A stretch of DNA of 33,942 nt from an uncultured Candidatus Saccharibacteria bacterium (lineage in GTDB: Bacteria > Patescibacteriota > UBA1384 > XYA2-FULL-43-10 > 1-14-0-10-43-13). The translations under genes were made by a program, and so were the position numbers. Shown here piece after piece: positions 7,245-14,838 of the stretch. The notes beneath the pieces are model-generated. The model was not told the DNA's origin, searched no databases, and saw only the letters and a program-made list of their open reading frames with translations. Location of the stretch: NCBI GenBank assembly GCA_964363695.1, contig CAYIJI010000001.1:1-33942 (forward strand). The letters are read 5' to 3'. Numbering within the stretch: position 1 is the stretch's first letter; each line of letters starts with the position of its first letter.

Positions 7245-8507
7245 ATGAAAAATAAAATAAAGAAAATAGTTGATATTCCACCTCACCCAGCCTCTCCTTG
7301 GAAAGGAGAGGAGAAGATTCGAGTAGCTATTGGAATGTCTGGCGGAGTTGATTCTTCTGTTGCGGCAAAAATTCTGAAAGACCAAGGATATGAAGTGATT
7401 GGTTTTATGATGAAGCTTTGGCCTGGGTCTGACCCGTCTGTCTGCGACAGCCGAGGCAAGGACAACGCTTGCTGTGATATTGACGGACTTCAGGATGCAA
7501 AGCGGATTGCGGCAATTTTAGATATTCCATTTTATGTCGTCGACGTAAGGGAGAAATTTAAGAAGGAAGTTGCTGATTATTTTATCGAAGAATATAAGAG
7601 CCTGCGTACTCCAAATCCATGCGTCCGCTGTAATGAGCGAATTAAATTTGGTTGGCTCTTGGACTTTGCCAAACAAACCGGATGCGACTATTTAGCGACT
7701 GGACACTACGCTCGCATAGCGAGCGATTTATCATTTATCAATTCTCATTTCTCATTGAATGAAAAATTATCAAATGACCAAATGAATGAAAAATGGAAAA
7801 TGGTCAATGGAAAATTTCATCTTTTGCGTGGCAAGGATGATAAAAAAGATCAATCATATTTTCTCTATCGCTTGAACCAAGACCAGTTGAAGCATATTAT
7901 TTTTCCAGTAGGCGAATTTATTAAAGAGGAAACGCGGGCTTTGGCCAAAAAGTGGAATTTGCCAGTCCATGAGAAAAAGGAAAGCCAGGAAATATGCTTT
8001 ATACAGGAAAAGGATTACCGTGATTTTTTGAAGAAAAACATTTCTGAAGAGTATTTTAAAGAAGGGGACATTGTTGACATGGACGATAATGTAATCGGAA
8101 AACATCAAGGGCTTATCAATTATACAATCGGGCAGCGTAAAGGCATCGAACAGATATCAGATAACAGATATCTGATAACAGTAGATAAAAGGCCAATGTA
8201 TGTTGTTGGGTTTAATGTAGAAAAGAACCAGTTGATTGTTGGTGAAGATAAGGATATCTATAAAGATGAAATGATTATTGGTGATTTATCATGGGTTCAG
8301 AGTACAGATAACAGAATACAGGTGACAGATAACTTATCTGTGAAAATCAGATACAGGCATCCGGCAGTTAATTGTAGAATTAAGAATACAGATAACAGTA
8401 GACAGATAACAGTAGAGTTTTTTGAGCCGCAGAGAGCAATTACGCCAGGCCAGAGCGCGGTATTCTATTTGGAGGATGAAGTGCTTGGTGGAGGCATAAT
8501 ACAATAA
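7245..8507 (+). CDS. mnmA: tRNA-specific 2-thiouridylase MnmA with several in-frame repeat insertions
   Basis: VAIGMSGGVDSSVAA (PP-loop), NPCVRCN, GHYAR, KDQSYFLY and the C-terminal PGQSAVFY. Confidence 0.9.
   Translation: MKNKIKKIVDIPPHPASPWKGEEKIRVAIGMSGGVDSSVAAKILKDQGYEVIGFMMKLWPGSDPSVCDSRGKDNACCDIDGLQDAKRIAAILDIPFYVVDVREKFKKEVADYFIEEYKSLRTPNPCVRCNERIKFGWLLDFAKQTGCDYLATGHYARIASDLSFINSHFSLNEKLSNDQMNEKWKMVNGKFHLLRGKDDKKDQSYFLYRLNQDQLKHIIFPVGEFIKEETRALAKKWNLPVHEKKESQEICFIQEKDYRDFLKKNISEEYFKEGDIVDMDDNVIGKHQGLINYTIGQRKGIEQISDNRYLITVDKRPMYVVGFNVEKNQLIVGEDKDIYKDEMIIGDLSWVQSTDNRIQVTDNLSVKIRYRHPAVNCRIKNTDNSRQITVEFFEPQRAITPGQSAVFYLEDEVLGGGIIQ
7727..7820 (+). repeat. In-frame AT-rich palindromic repeat in mnmA (TCATTT/AAATGA, CCATTTT/AAAATGG word family)
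   Basis: Encodes LSFINSHFSLNEKLSNDQMNEKWKMVNGKF between the conserved GHYAR and KDQSYF blocks. The same word family fills the intergenic regions 25455-25620 and 25860-25965. Confidence 0.5.
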
Positions 8508-8529
8508 TATAAATTTGAGGAAATATTAA

Positions 8530-10839
8530 ATGGATCTAGAGACTAAAATTCAATACCTATCTGGAGTGGGGCCGAAAATGGCAGCAAAGCTTAATCGGCT
8601 TGGGGTTGAAACGGTTTCGGATCTTATTTTTTATTACCCAAGAACATACAAAGACTTTAGTAATATAACTAGAATCTCCGATATTCGATATTCAAACAAG
8701 GAAGCGATCTCAATTAAGGGGACCATACTTGGCATTGCCAACAAAACAACCAGTCGAAGGCGTTTTACTGTTACTGAAGCCGTAGTAGAAGACGGTACAG
8801 GAAGCCTGAAGGTAATTTGGTTTAACCAGCCTTTTTTAGCTAAAATGCTTACTCCTGGCCGAGAGGTTATTTTAAACGGGAAAGCGCAATACAACTTTTT
8901 TGCGAAAGAAGTGGTAATGGAGTCGCCTGATCGTGCTCTTCGCGAAAGCATCGTTTCGATTTATGGCGAAACAGCAGGGATAACAAGCACCTATATTCGA
9001 AAATTAGTATCAAATATTAAGGATCAAATATCGAGTATTGGAGAATGGCTACCGCAGGAATTGCTACGTCATTCCCGATTTAGTCGGGAATCTACTAATA
9101 GTGATACTATCCTGGATCCCCGCCTTCGCGGGGATGACATAGGAGAGGGCAGGGATGACAATTGTTTGAATTTGCTTTCGATCCAAGAAGCATTAAATAG
9201 CATTCATCAGCCGAAAAACACAGAAATGTTGGCGCAGGCGAAGCGAAGAATTGCTTTTGATGAACTTTTTATGATTGCTTTACGAGCGAATTTAAGCAAG
9301 GAAGAGATTAAAAAAGAGAACGCTCCTATTATTGACATTAATGATAAAAATCTTGCTATCGCTAGATTTTTATCATATTTACCATTCAAGTTAACTGATG
9401 ACCAGAAAAAGTCGGCTTGGCAAATTGTTAAAGATATTGGGCAAAGCAAGCCGATGAATCGTCTTTTGAATGGTGATGTCGGGAGCGGCAAAACTGTTGT
9501 GGCTGCAGTTGCCGCTTTTGTGGCAGTTAAAGCAGGCTTTCGAGTGGCTTTTATGGTACCGACTGAAATCCTTGCACAGCAACATTTTAAAACGTTTTGT
9601 GAATTGTTCGATGTGCAAAATATAAGCATTGGACTTTATACTGCAAATTGCAAAGATAATTTTAAATTTAAAATTCCTGCCTTGCCGGCAGGCAGGTCTA
9701 ATTTAAAATCAATTTCTAATTCTAAAATTTCAAATAAAAGACAAAAAGAAGCTGAAGTGTTGAGTTCTGACATAGTTATTGGTACGCAAGCACTAATTCA
9801 AAAGGATGTTGAGTTAGAGAATATAGGATTGGTGATAGTCGATGAACAACATCGGTTTGGAGTTGTTCAGCGTCAAGCGCTGAAGCAGTTGGGTGTAGGG
9901 AGCGGGGAACAGGGAGAAAAAACTTCAAACTCTCATTCGAGTCTGAGCCTGAGGGCTCTTCCCTCAGAGTCGAAGACCAAACTCCAAATTCCTCACTTCT
10001 TGAGTATGACCGCAACGCCGATTCCCAGAACATTACATTTGGCTTTATTCGGCGACTTGGATATTTCTGTAATTTCACAAAAGCCGGCCGATAGAAAAGA
10101 AATCAAAACGCGGGTAGTTGAGGAAATTAATCGCTATAAGGCATATGAATTTATTCGTAAACAAATTCAATTAGGCAGACAAGCATTTGTTATTTGTCCC
10201 TTGATAGAACAGGTTACAGATAACAGGATACAGATAGCAGAATTATTTGCCGAAGAAAAAAAGACGGTGATTAGCGAATATGAGAAGCTACAAAAAATAT
10301 TTCCTGAGTTCAGAATAGGGATGCTGCATGGACGGCTTAAGGCAAAAGAAAAAGACGCAGTTATGGAGGAATTTTCCGAGAACAAGATTAACATCCTAGT
10401 TAGTACATCGGTGGTCGAGGTTGGGATTGATGTGCCTAACGCGACCGTAATGGCCATCGAAGATGCCGAACGTTTTGGCCTGGCTCAGATTCATCAGTTT
10501 CGAGGACGAGTAGGCAGGGCCGAACATCAGTCGTTTTGCTTTCTGTTTTCCTCTACAATGAATCCTCGCGCAATTAAGCGTTTAAAGGATCTCGAAGTAA
10601 CTTCAGATGGGTTTAAGCTGGCAGAAATTGATCTGGAAACTAGGGGGCCAGGAGCAGTGTTTGGCACTGAGCAATCCGGCCTTTTGGATTTAAAGATGGC
10701 AAACTTTAGTGATAGAATGTTAATCGAACAGGCAAGCTCAGCTGCAAAAGGGATTGTTGAAAACGATCCTGAACTTAAAAGCCACCCTTTTCTTAAAGAA
10801 AAAATCGCTGACTATTTACAGAATAAACACTTGGAGTAG
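8530..10839 (+). CDS. recG: ATP-dependent DNA helicase RecG with at least four in-frame repeat insertions
   Basis: The N-terminal YLSGVGPKMAAKLNRLG...YYPRTY, Walker A GDVGSGKT, DEQHRFGV, TATPIPRT and the QFRGRVGR motif. Confidence 0.9.
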   Translation: MDLETKIQYLSGVGPKMAAKLNRLGVETVSDLIFYYPRTYKDFSNITRISDIRYSNKEAISIKGTILGIANKTTSRRRFTVTEAVVEDGTGSLKVIWFNQPFLAKMLTPGREVILNGKAQYNFFAKEVVMESPDRALRESIVSIYGETAGITSTYIRKLVSNIKDQISSIGEWLPQELLRHSRFSRESTNSDTILDPRLRGDDIGEGRDDNCLNLLSIQEALNSIHQPKNTEMLAQAKRRIAFDELFMIALRANLSKEEIKKENAPIIDINDKNLAIARFLSYLPFKLTDDQKKSAWQIVKDIGQSKPMNRLLNGDVGSGKTVVAAVAAFVAVKAGFRVAFMVPTEILAQQHFKTFCELFDVQNISIGLYTANCKDNFKFKIPALPAGRSNLKSISNSKISNKRQKEAEVLSSDIVIGTQALIQKDVELENIGLVIVDEQHRFGVVQRQALKQLGVGSGEQGEKTSNSHSSLSLRALPSESKTKLQIPHFLSMTATPIPRTLHLALFGDLDISVISQKPADRKEIKTRVVEEINRYKAYEFIRKQIQLGRQAFVICPLIEQVTDNRIQIAELFAEEKKTVISEYEKLQKIFPEFRIGMLHGRLKAKEKDAVMEEFSENKINILVSTSVVEVGIDVPNATVMAIEDAERFGLAQIHQFRGRVGRAEHQSFCFLFSSTMNPRAIKRLKDLEVTSDGFKLAEIDLETRGPGAVFGTEQSGLLDLKMANFSDRMLIEQASSAAKGIVENDPELKSHPFLKEKIADYLQNKHLE
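9068..9160 (+). repeat. In-frame GTCATTCCCG...GGGGATGACA palindromic element in recG
   Basis: gtcattcccgatttagtcgggaat plus ggatccccgccttcgcggggatgaca, the same family as 21386-21410, 21987-22011 and 24251-24275. Translated HSRFSRESTNSDTILDPRLRGDDIGEGRDD. Confidence 0.7.
9657..9735 (+). repeat. In-frame copy in recG of the AATTTTAAATTTAAAATT-type AT-rich repeat with a central palindrome
   Basis: aattttaaatttaaaattcctgccttgccggcaggcaggtctaatttaaaatcaatttctaattctaaaatttc. The same word family occurs in the intergenic regions 1416-1525, 21860-21910 and 24690-24960. Translated NFKFKIPALPAGRSNLKSISNSKIS. Confidence 0.6.
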
Positions 10840-10924
10840 CTGGTTAAAATATGTGATAAAAATATTGTGACCGCGCAAAAATTATCACATCGGTTTAACT
10901 CGAAACCGTTTTTTCAACTTAAAA

Positions 10925-11482
10925 ATGACAAGTAAAAATTTAAAATCTGAAGAATTGATTAAAAAACTAGAATCTTTTGTTGAGAAATATCGTTTTTTTG
11001 TAGGAAGCGGGTTAATAGTATTGATTTTAGCAGGGGCTGGGATTTTGTTATGGAGGGAGAATTTTGCGAAGCAAAATCCAGAATCAAGAATCGCGAATCT
11101 TGAATCAAGAATCAGCCGGCTGGAAGCCGACAATAATCAAGAAACAAGAAGCAATAACCAAACAAATTCCAATATTCAAGAAGATAATATCCAAACTGAT
11201 CAAGGGCATGTGGCGGGAGCAAGCAGTCAGAATACAGTCGAACAGATAACAGATAACAGTAAACAGACGACAACCAGTCAGCCAGTGAACAGCAAGATCA
11301 ATATCAATACCGCTTCTGAGTCCGAGCTCGATTCACTTCCTGGGATTGGTCCGACTTATGCTAAGAGAATAATTGAATATCGAAATGCCAACGGCGGGTT
11401 TAAGAGTATTGAAGAAATAAAGAACGTAAAGGGAATCGGCGACAAAACTTTTCTAAAATTCAAGGATAGAATAACGATCTAA
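10925..11482 (+). CDS. comEA: ComEA-type DNA-binding competence protein (N-terminal TM, C-terminal helix-hairpin-helix)
   Basis: TM segment FFVGSGLIVLILAGAGILLW. C-terminus ININTASESELDSLPGIGPTYAKRIIEYRNANGGFKSIEEIKNVKGIGDKTF. Confidence 0.85.
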   Translation: MTSKNLKSEELIKKLESFVEKYRFFVGSGLIVLILAGAGILLWRENFAKQNPESRIANLESRISRLEADNNQETRSNNQTNSNIQEDNIQTDQGHVAGASSQNTVEQITDNSKQTTTSQPVNSKININTASESELDSLPGIGPTYAKRIIEYRNANGGFKSIEEIKNVKGIGDKTFLKFKDRITI

Positions 11483-11483
11483 C

Positions 11484-11593
11484 GTAACCATTCACTGTTC
11501 CTGTTGTCATCCCCGTGAAGACGGGGATCCAGTGCTCAGATTTATTATATTATTTCTGGATTCCCGCCTGCGCGGGAATGACAGTGAATGATT
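11484..11593. mobile_element. MITE-like nested palindromic element with a 10-bp target-site duplication
   Basis: The direct repeat acgatctaac occurs at 11474-11483 (it contains the comEA stop codon) and at 11594-11603. Outer inverted repeats are gtaaccattcactgt / acagtgaatgattac. Inner hairpins are gtcatccccgtgaagacggggatccag and ctggattcccgcctgcgcgggaatgac. Confidence 0.75.
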
Positions 11594-11644
11594 ACGATCT
11601 AACTCATTGAAAAAGAACGACAATCAAGATATAATATCGATGTT

Positions 11645-11728
11645 GCGGGTGTGGTGAAATGGTATACACGCCAGTCTTAGGAACTGGTGCCGCAAGGCGT
11701 GGAGGTTCGAGTCCTCTCACCCGCACCA
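11645..11728 (+). tRNA. tRNA-Leu (anticodon TAG), CCA encoded
   Basis: Acceptor gcgggtg/cacccgc. Anticodon arm ccagt-cttagga-actgg. Long variable arm gccgcaaggc. T arm ggagg-ttcgagt-cctct. Confidence 0.9.
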
Positions 11729-11735
11729 AGAAAAA

Positions 11736-11891
11736 ATGATGAATAAACATAAAGATCAAAAAAACTATGAGCTGGATGAAATTGAGGAGAAGCTGATTAA
11801 GGAAGATGAAGAAAAGAGGAAGCTCCAGATGCCGGTGGCTGGGAGAAGCGTTTTTGAGATCAAAAGAATAAAAAATACGAAGAAAAAATAG
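11736..11891 (+). CDS. Possible 51-aa charged small protein (below the ORF-track cutoff)
   Basis: My own translation: MMNKHKDQKNYELDEIEEKLIKEDEEKRKLQMPVAGRSVFEIKRIKNTKKK. No homology recognised and no clear RBS. Confidence 0.25.
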   Translation: MMNKHKDQKNYELDEIEEKLIKEDEEKRKLQMPVAGRSVFEIKRIKNTKKK

Positions 11892-12020
11892 TTATTGTTC
11901 GAATATTCATGAGAACTAATTTATTTCAAAGTTCTCGCTTGTGCTCGAACAATAAATTAAAAGATTTCTCAATGGCATTGACTAAATCTAAGGTCAGTTG
12001 TAGTTTTTGTGCCTAAAATA

Positions 12021-12049
12021 TTGACAAATCGTTTAAAATAGTGTATGGT
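12021..12049 (+). promoter_or_regulatory. Sigma70-type promoter driving the riboswitch-like leader
   Basis: TTGACA (12021-12026), a 17-nt spacer, then TATGGT (12044-12049). Confidence 0.55.
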
Positions 12050-12056
12050 TAAAGCA

Positions 12057-12189
12057 ACAAAGTCGAAGATCGACAAAGGCAAACCAGTCGAAAGGCTGGG
12101 ACGCAAAACTATAGGGCCTTCTTGAGAAATCAAGGGTGGCAGCCAGTTGCCGAAACTTCAAATGAGCTCGGGGTTGAACTTCGTCTTTG
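12057..12189 (+). promoter_or_regulatory. Candidate c-di-GMP-I (GEMM-I) riboswitch
   Basis: The core at 12073-12153 reads ACAAAGGCAAACC-AGUC-GAAA-GGCUGGGACGCAAAAC...CUUGA-GAAA-UCAAG...GGCAGCCAGUUGCCGAA. It matches the conserved GEMM-I blocks as remembered from the Vc2 aptamer (GGCAAACC, a GAAA-capped hairpin, GGGACGCAAAG, AGC.GGGUUACCGA). GGCAA (12078-12082) can pair with UUGCC (12147-12151). Confidence 0.65.
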
Positions 12190-12217
12190 TAATACACTCC
12201 TTTAGGGGGATATTGCA

Positions 12218-12691
12218 ATGAAGAGTCGTATTATTAAAAATCAGTTTCTGGAGCGCGCATTCCGCACACATGTGAGGGTTTCGGAAGATATATTCGGCAG
12301 AGGCCGGATAAATATTCTGAAGCTGCTAGAACAAGAATTTCTTGCTAAGACAGAATCAGAAAACATTATTGAGGTGCAAGAAATTCCTGTTCTAAGGAAT
12401 GGGCATACAATGAAGTGGATACTCGGAGATCACAAGGAAGGCGAAGAAATTTGCCTGACGTGCGATCAGTGCGGATGGGTAAGTTTACCCATTCACATAT
12501 TTAAAGAGTATTTCCACTATTCCTCGTTTAGGGCCAACCTTCCAGAAGATGAGCGGGCACTTATGTCTGCTCGTATGCACTTGACGGAAGTGATGGGAGG
12601 CAAAGTAAGAAGTTATTGTCCACACTGTAAGAAACATTTAATTGCAGTGTTGGACACAAGGAAAGAAGAACGCCAGCCCGAACAGGGCTAG
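12218..12691 (+). CDS. Hypothetical zinc-ribbon protein (CxxCxxC ... CxxC)
   Basis: 157 aa, with AGGGGGA as RBS. Cys clusters are CLTCDQCG and CPHCKKH. No family recognised. Confidence 0.6.
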   Translation: MKSRIIKNQFLERAFRTHVRVSEDIFGRGRINILKLLEQEFLAKTESENIIEVQEIPVLRNGHTMKWILGDHKEGEEICLTCDQCGWVSLPIHIFKEYFHYSSFRANLPEDERALMSARMHLTEVMGGKVRSYCPHCKKHLIAVLDTRKEERQPEQG

Positions 12692-12705
12692 GCGCAAAAG
12701 ATCAG

Positions 12706-12737
12706 AAAGGACCGGCGAATATCGCGGTCCTTTTCTC
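12706..12737 (+). terminator. Intrinsic terminator between convergent genes
   Basis: aaaggaccg...cggtccttt stem followed by ttttctc. Confidence 0.6.
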
Positions 12738-12750
12738 TTGCGTAAAAAAG

Positions 12751-13548
12751 CTATTTTGCAGTAACGGTTCCGTCTTCCTGATTGATTTCATACTGGAATC
12801 CAAAAGGATCTGGCGGGATAGCTTTTAAGATTCGGGCGGATACAAGATCGTTTAGATCGGAAGGATACTTTTTGTTTACCCCATAGTATTGTTTTGAGGC
12901 TTCTTCCAACAAATCCATTATTTCGAGATGGACTAGATAATTTTTCGCTCTTTCTTTCACTATCTCGTCGTTAGTCGTTTCATAAATTCCACTCCAGATT
13001 TGTTTGGTTTGCTCTCTTTTGTCTTTTTTCGAACCATATCTGGCAGAGACTTTTTTAATCCCATCCGGAACGCCTGGCGTGTTGGCGGCGACATCAAAAT
13101 ATTTGGCGGCATTGACCGGATCATTTTTATTTATATGATATGTTACGGCGAGATAGTAGGGAATCTTCCAATCCGGTTTTGAATCGGCAATACCCTTCTT
13201 GGCCAATTCTATGCCTTGATCTGGGTAGCCGATGCTTGGCAAAATCAATGCTCCGAATGCGTAAGGGTAGGCAAATTTGGGGTCGAGATCAGATGTTAAG
13301 AACAAGTAGCTGGGAAGTTCTTTGTAGGTTTTACTCTCGCCTCCGCCAAAATATTGAATAGCGGAAAGCCAAGTAAAATCTGCCGCCGCATTATTTAGCC
13401 CGAGATCGGCGGCTTTAACTATTTCCGGTTTTAGGACGAGAGGTTCTTTGAATTGAGCCTTTTTTTTCTCAGTGTCATAAAAATACTGAACGGAAATAAT
13501 TCCGCCTAGGCATATTAAAAGTAGAATGGCAGTGAAATATTTTTTCAT
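12751..13548 (-). CDS. Hypothetical exported or membrane-anchored protein, helical-repeat (TPR-like) appearance
   Basis: N-terminal hydrophobic segment MKKYFTAILLLICLGGIISV. The body is repetitive and helical (PYYLAVTYHINKNDPVNAAKYFDVAA). It is last in the ABC gene string. Confidence 0.55.
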   Translation of the reverse strand: MKKYFTAILLLICLGGIISVQYFYDTEKKKAQFKEPLVLKPEIVKAADLGLNNAAADFTWLSAIQYFGGGESKTYKELPSYLFLTSDLDPKFAYPYAFGALILPSIGYPDQGIELAKKGIADSKPDWKIPYYLAVTYHINKNDPVNAAKYFDVAANTPGVPDGIKKVSARYGSKKDKREQTKQIWSGIYETTNDEIVKERAKNYLVHLEIMDLLEEASKQYYGVNKKYPSDLNDLVSARILKAIPPDPFGFQYEINQEDGTVTAK

Positions 13549-13646
13549 CTTATTGATTGTGCTATTCTAGTTATTCTTCGAGTATGGCGAGAAGTTTGAA
13601 TCATATAGTTCTCACTTTGTTCGAACAATAAAGAGATCTTGTTTTT

Positions 13647-14408
13647 TTATAAATCTTGTTTCTTTAAGGCTTGGATTGCCAAAGAAAGCAGGATTGTTGT
13701 GAAAAGGACAGAATAAATAATAGGGTAAATTATTTGGGCTGAATTGGGCAGAGAACCATAAACAACGCTATTTCTTAAATTAAACTTTTCGAGATTAGGG
13801 AACACATAGTACACGATCAGAAGCAAATATTTTACAAAAGGACTAGCTTTTTCAATAAACCCTTTAATTAATCCAATTGAATGGCCGATGTAAAGAACGA
13901 TGATAGTATAAATTGTTCCAGCCAGAGGAGTTGTGATTGTGGAGAATACAATAGTGAGGGAGATGAAAATCGAGAGCTCAAAAATTAAAAGTAGAATGGC
14001 AAATAGAGAAGCATAGTCAAATCCGCCGCCTTTGATAAGAACAATGGCTATATAAATGGCTGTCATAAAAAGAATATTTAATATGACACTAAACCAGAGA
14101 CCGAAGAATTTGCCTAAAATGAACTGGAACTCGGAGACTGGCTTGGAAAAAATAACATAGAGAGTTCTTTTCTCCAGCTCCTTGTAAATGAGTGAGGTCC
14201 CAAGAAAAATAGCGATTATTAAACTAAAAATATAAATGCCGGCTAATCCAAAATCTTTAATAACTTTCACATCTTCTCCAAGAGAGATTGAGCCAAACAT
14301 TGTTGTGGAAATTAGGAAAAGAAGGGCAAAGCAGAGGATGCCATAGAGAATTTTGTCTCGAATGGTTTCTTTGAAAGTATTTTTTGCGATTGTTAAAATT
14401 ATATTCAT
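13647..14408 (-). CDS. ABC-2-type transporter permease
   Basis: 253 aa with about six hydrophobic spans. It lies downstream of the ABC ATPase gene on the same strand. Confidence 0.7.
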   Translation of the reverse strand: MNIILTIAKNTFKETIRDKILYGILCFALLFLISTTMFGSISLGEDVKVIKDFGLAGIYIFSLIIAIFLGTSLIYKELEKRTLYVIFSKPVSEFQFILGKFFGLWFSVILNILFMTAIYIAIVLIKGGGFDYASLFAILLLIFELSIFISLTIVFSTITTPLAGTIYTIIVLYIGHSIGLIKGFIEKASPFVKYLLLIVYYVFPNLEKFNLRNSVVYGSLPNSAQIIYPIIYSVLFTTILLSLAIQALKKQDL

Positions 14409-14429
14409 AATTTTTAGCCTTTAAGCATA

Positions 14430-14833
14430 TAAGCATTTAAGCAAGCAAGCCCTTTTAAGTTAGTATCTTTGTGATTTTTTCCAGCTGTTTAATAATTTGC
14501 CGACTTCTTCCATTTTAGCTGAAACCTCGTTAAACAATTCTTCTTCGATGTATTTTAAGTCTTTCGATAGTAAAATTTGATATTTAAGTTCTTCAAGCGA
14601 ACCTTCTGCAATTATGTAAAATCTTTTGCTGTCATTTAATGATTTTCGAGCAAATCCTTCAGCAATATTGGATGGAACGGAAACAGCGCATCTTCTAAGT
14701 TGGCTGACTAAATTAAATGTTTCCGATTTTGGTAGATCATTTGTAATTTTGTAAATTACTAAAGCAATTTCATGGGCTTTCTGCCAAGCAATTATTTCTT
14801 TGAATGATTTAATACTCATAGCTTAAATGCTTA
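14430..14833. mobile_element. Inverted-repeat-flanked cassette carrying the four-helix-bundle gene
   Basis: A perfect 13-bp inverted repeat: taagcatttaagc (14430-14442) and gcttaaatgctta (14821-14833). The left copy ends 17 nt outside the gene and the right copy begins 1 nt past its start codon. Each copy lies within a longer TAAGC-word array. Confidence 0.6.
14460..14819 (-). CDS. Four-helix-bundle protein (23S rRNA intervening-sequence protein / Avd family)
   Basis: IAWQKAHEIALVIYKITNDLPKSETFNLVSQLRRCAVSVPSNIAEGFARKS...FYIIAEGSLEELKYQILLSKDL matches the TIGR02436/PF05635 pattern. That family includes the DGR accessory protein Avd. Confidence 0.8.
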   Translation of the reverse strand: MSIKSFKEIIAWQKAHEIALVIYKITNDLPKSETFNLVSQLRRCAVSVPSNIAEGFARKSLNDSKRFYIIAEGSLEELKYQILLSKDLKYIEEELFNEVSAKMEEVGKLLNSWKKSQRY

Positions 14834-14838
14834 CCAGC

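Noticed and set aside
12033-12218. 61-aa minus-strand ORF.
   Set aside because: It lies entirely antisense to the GEMM-I-like leader, has no RBS, and its sequence is explained by the structured RNA.
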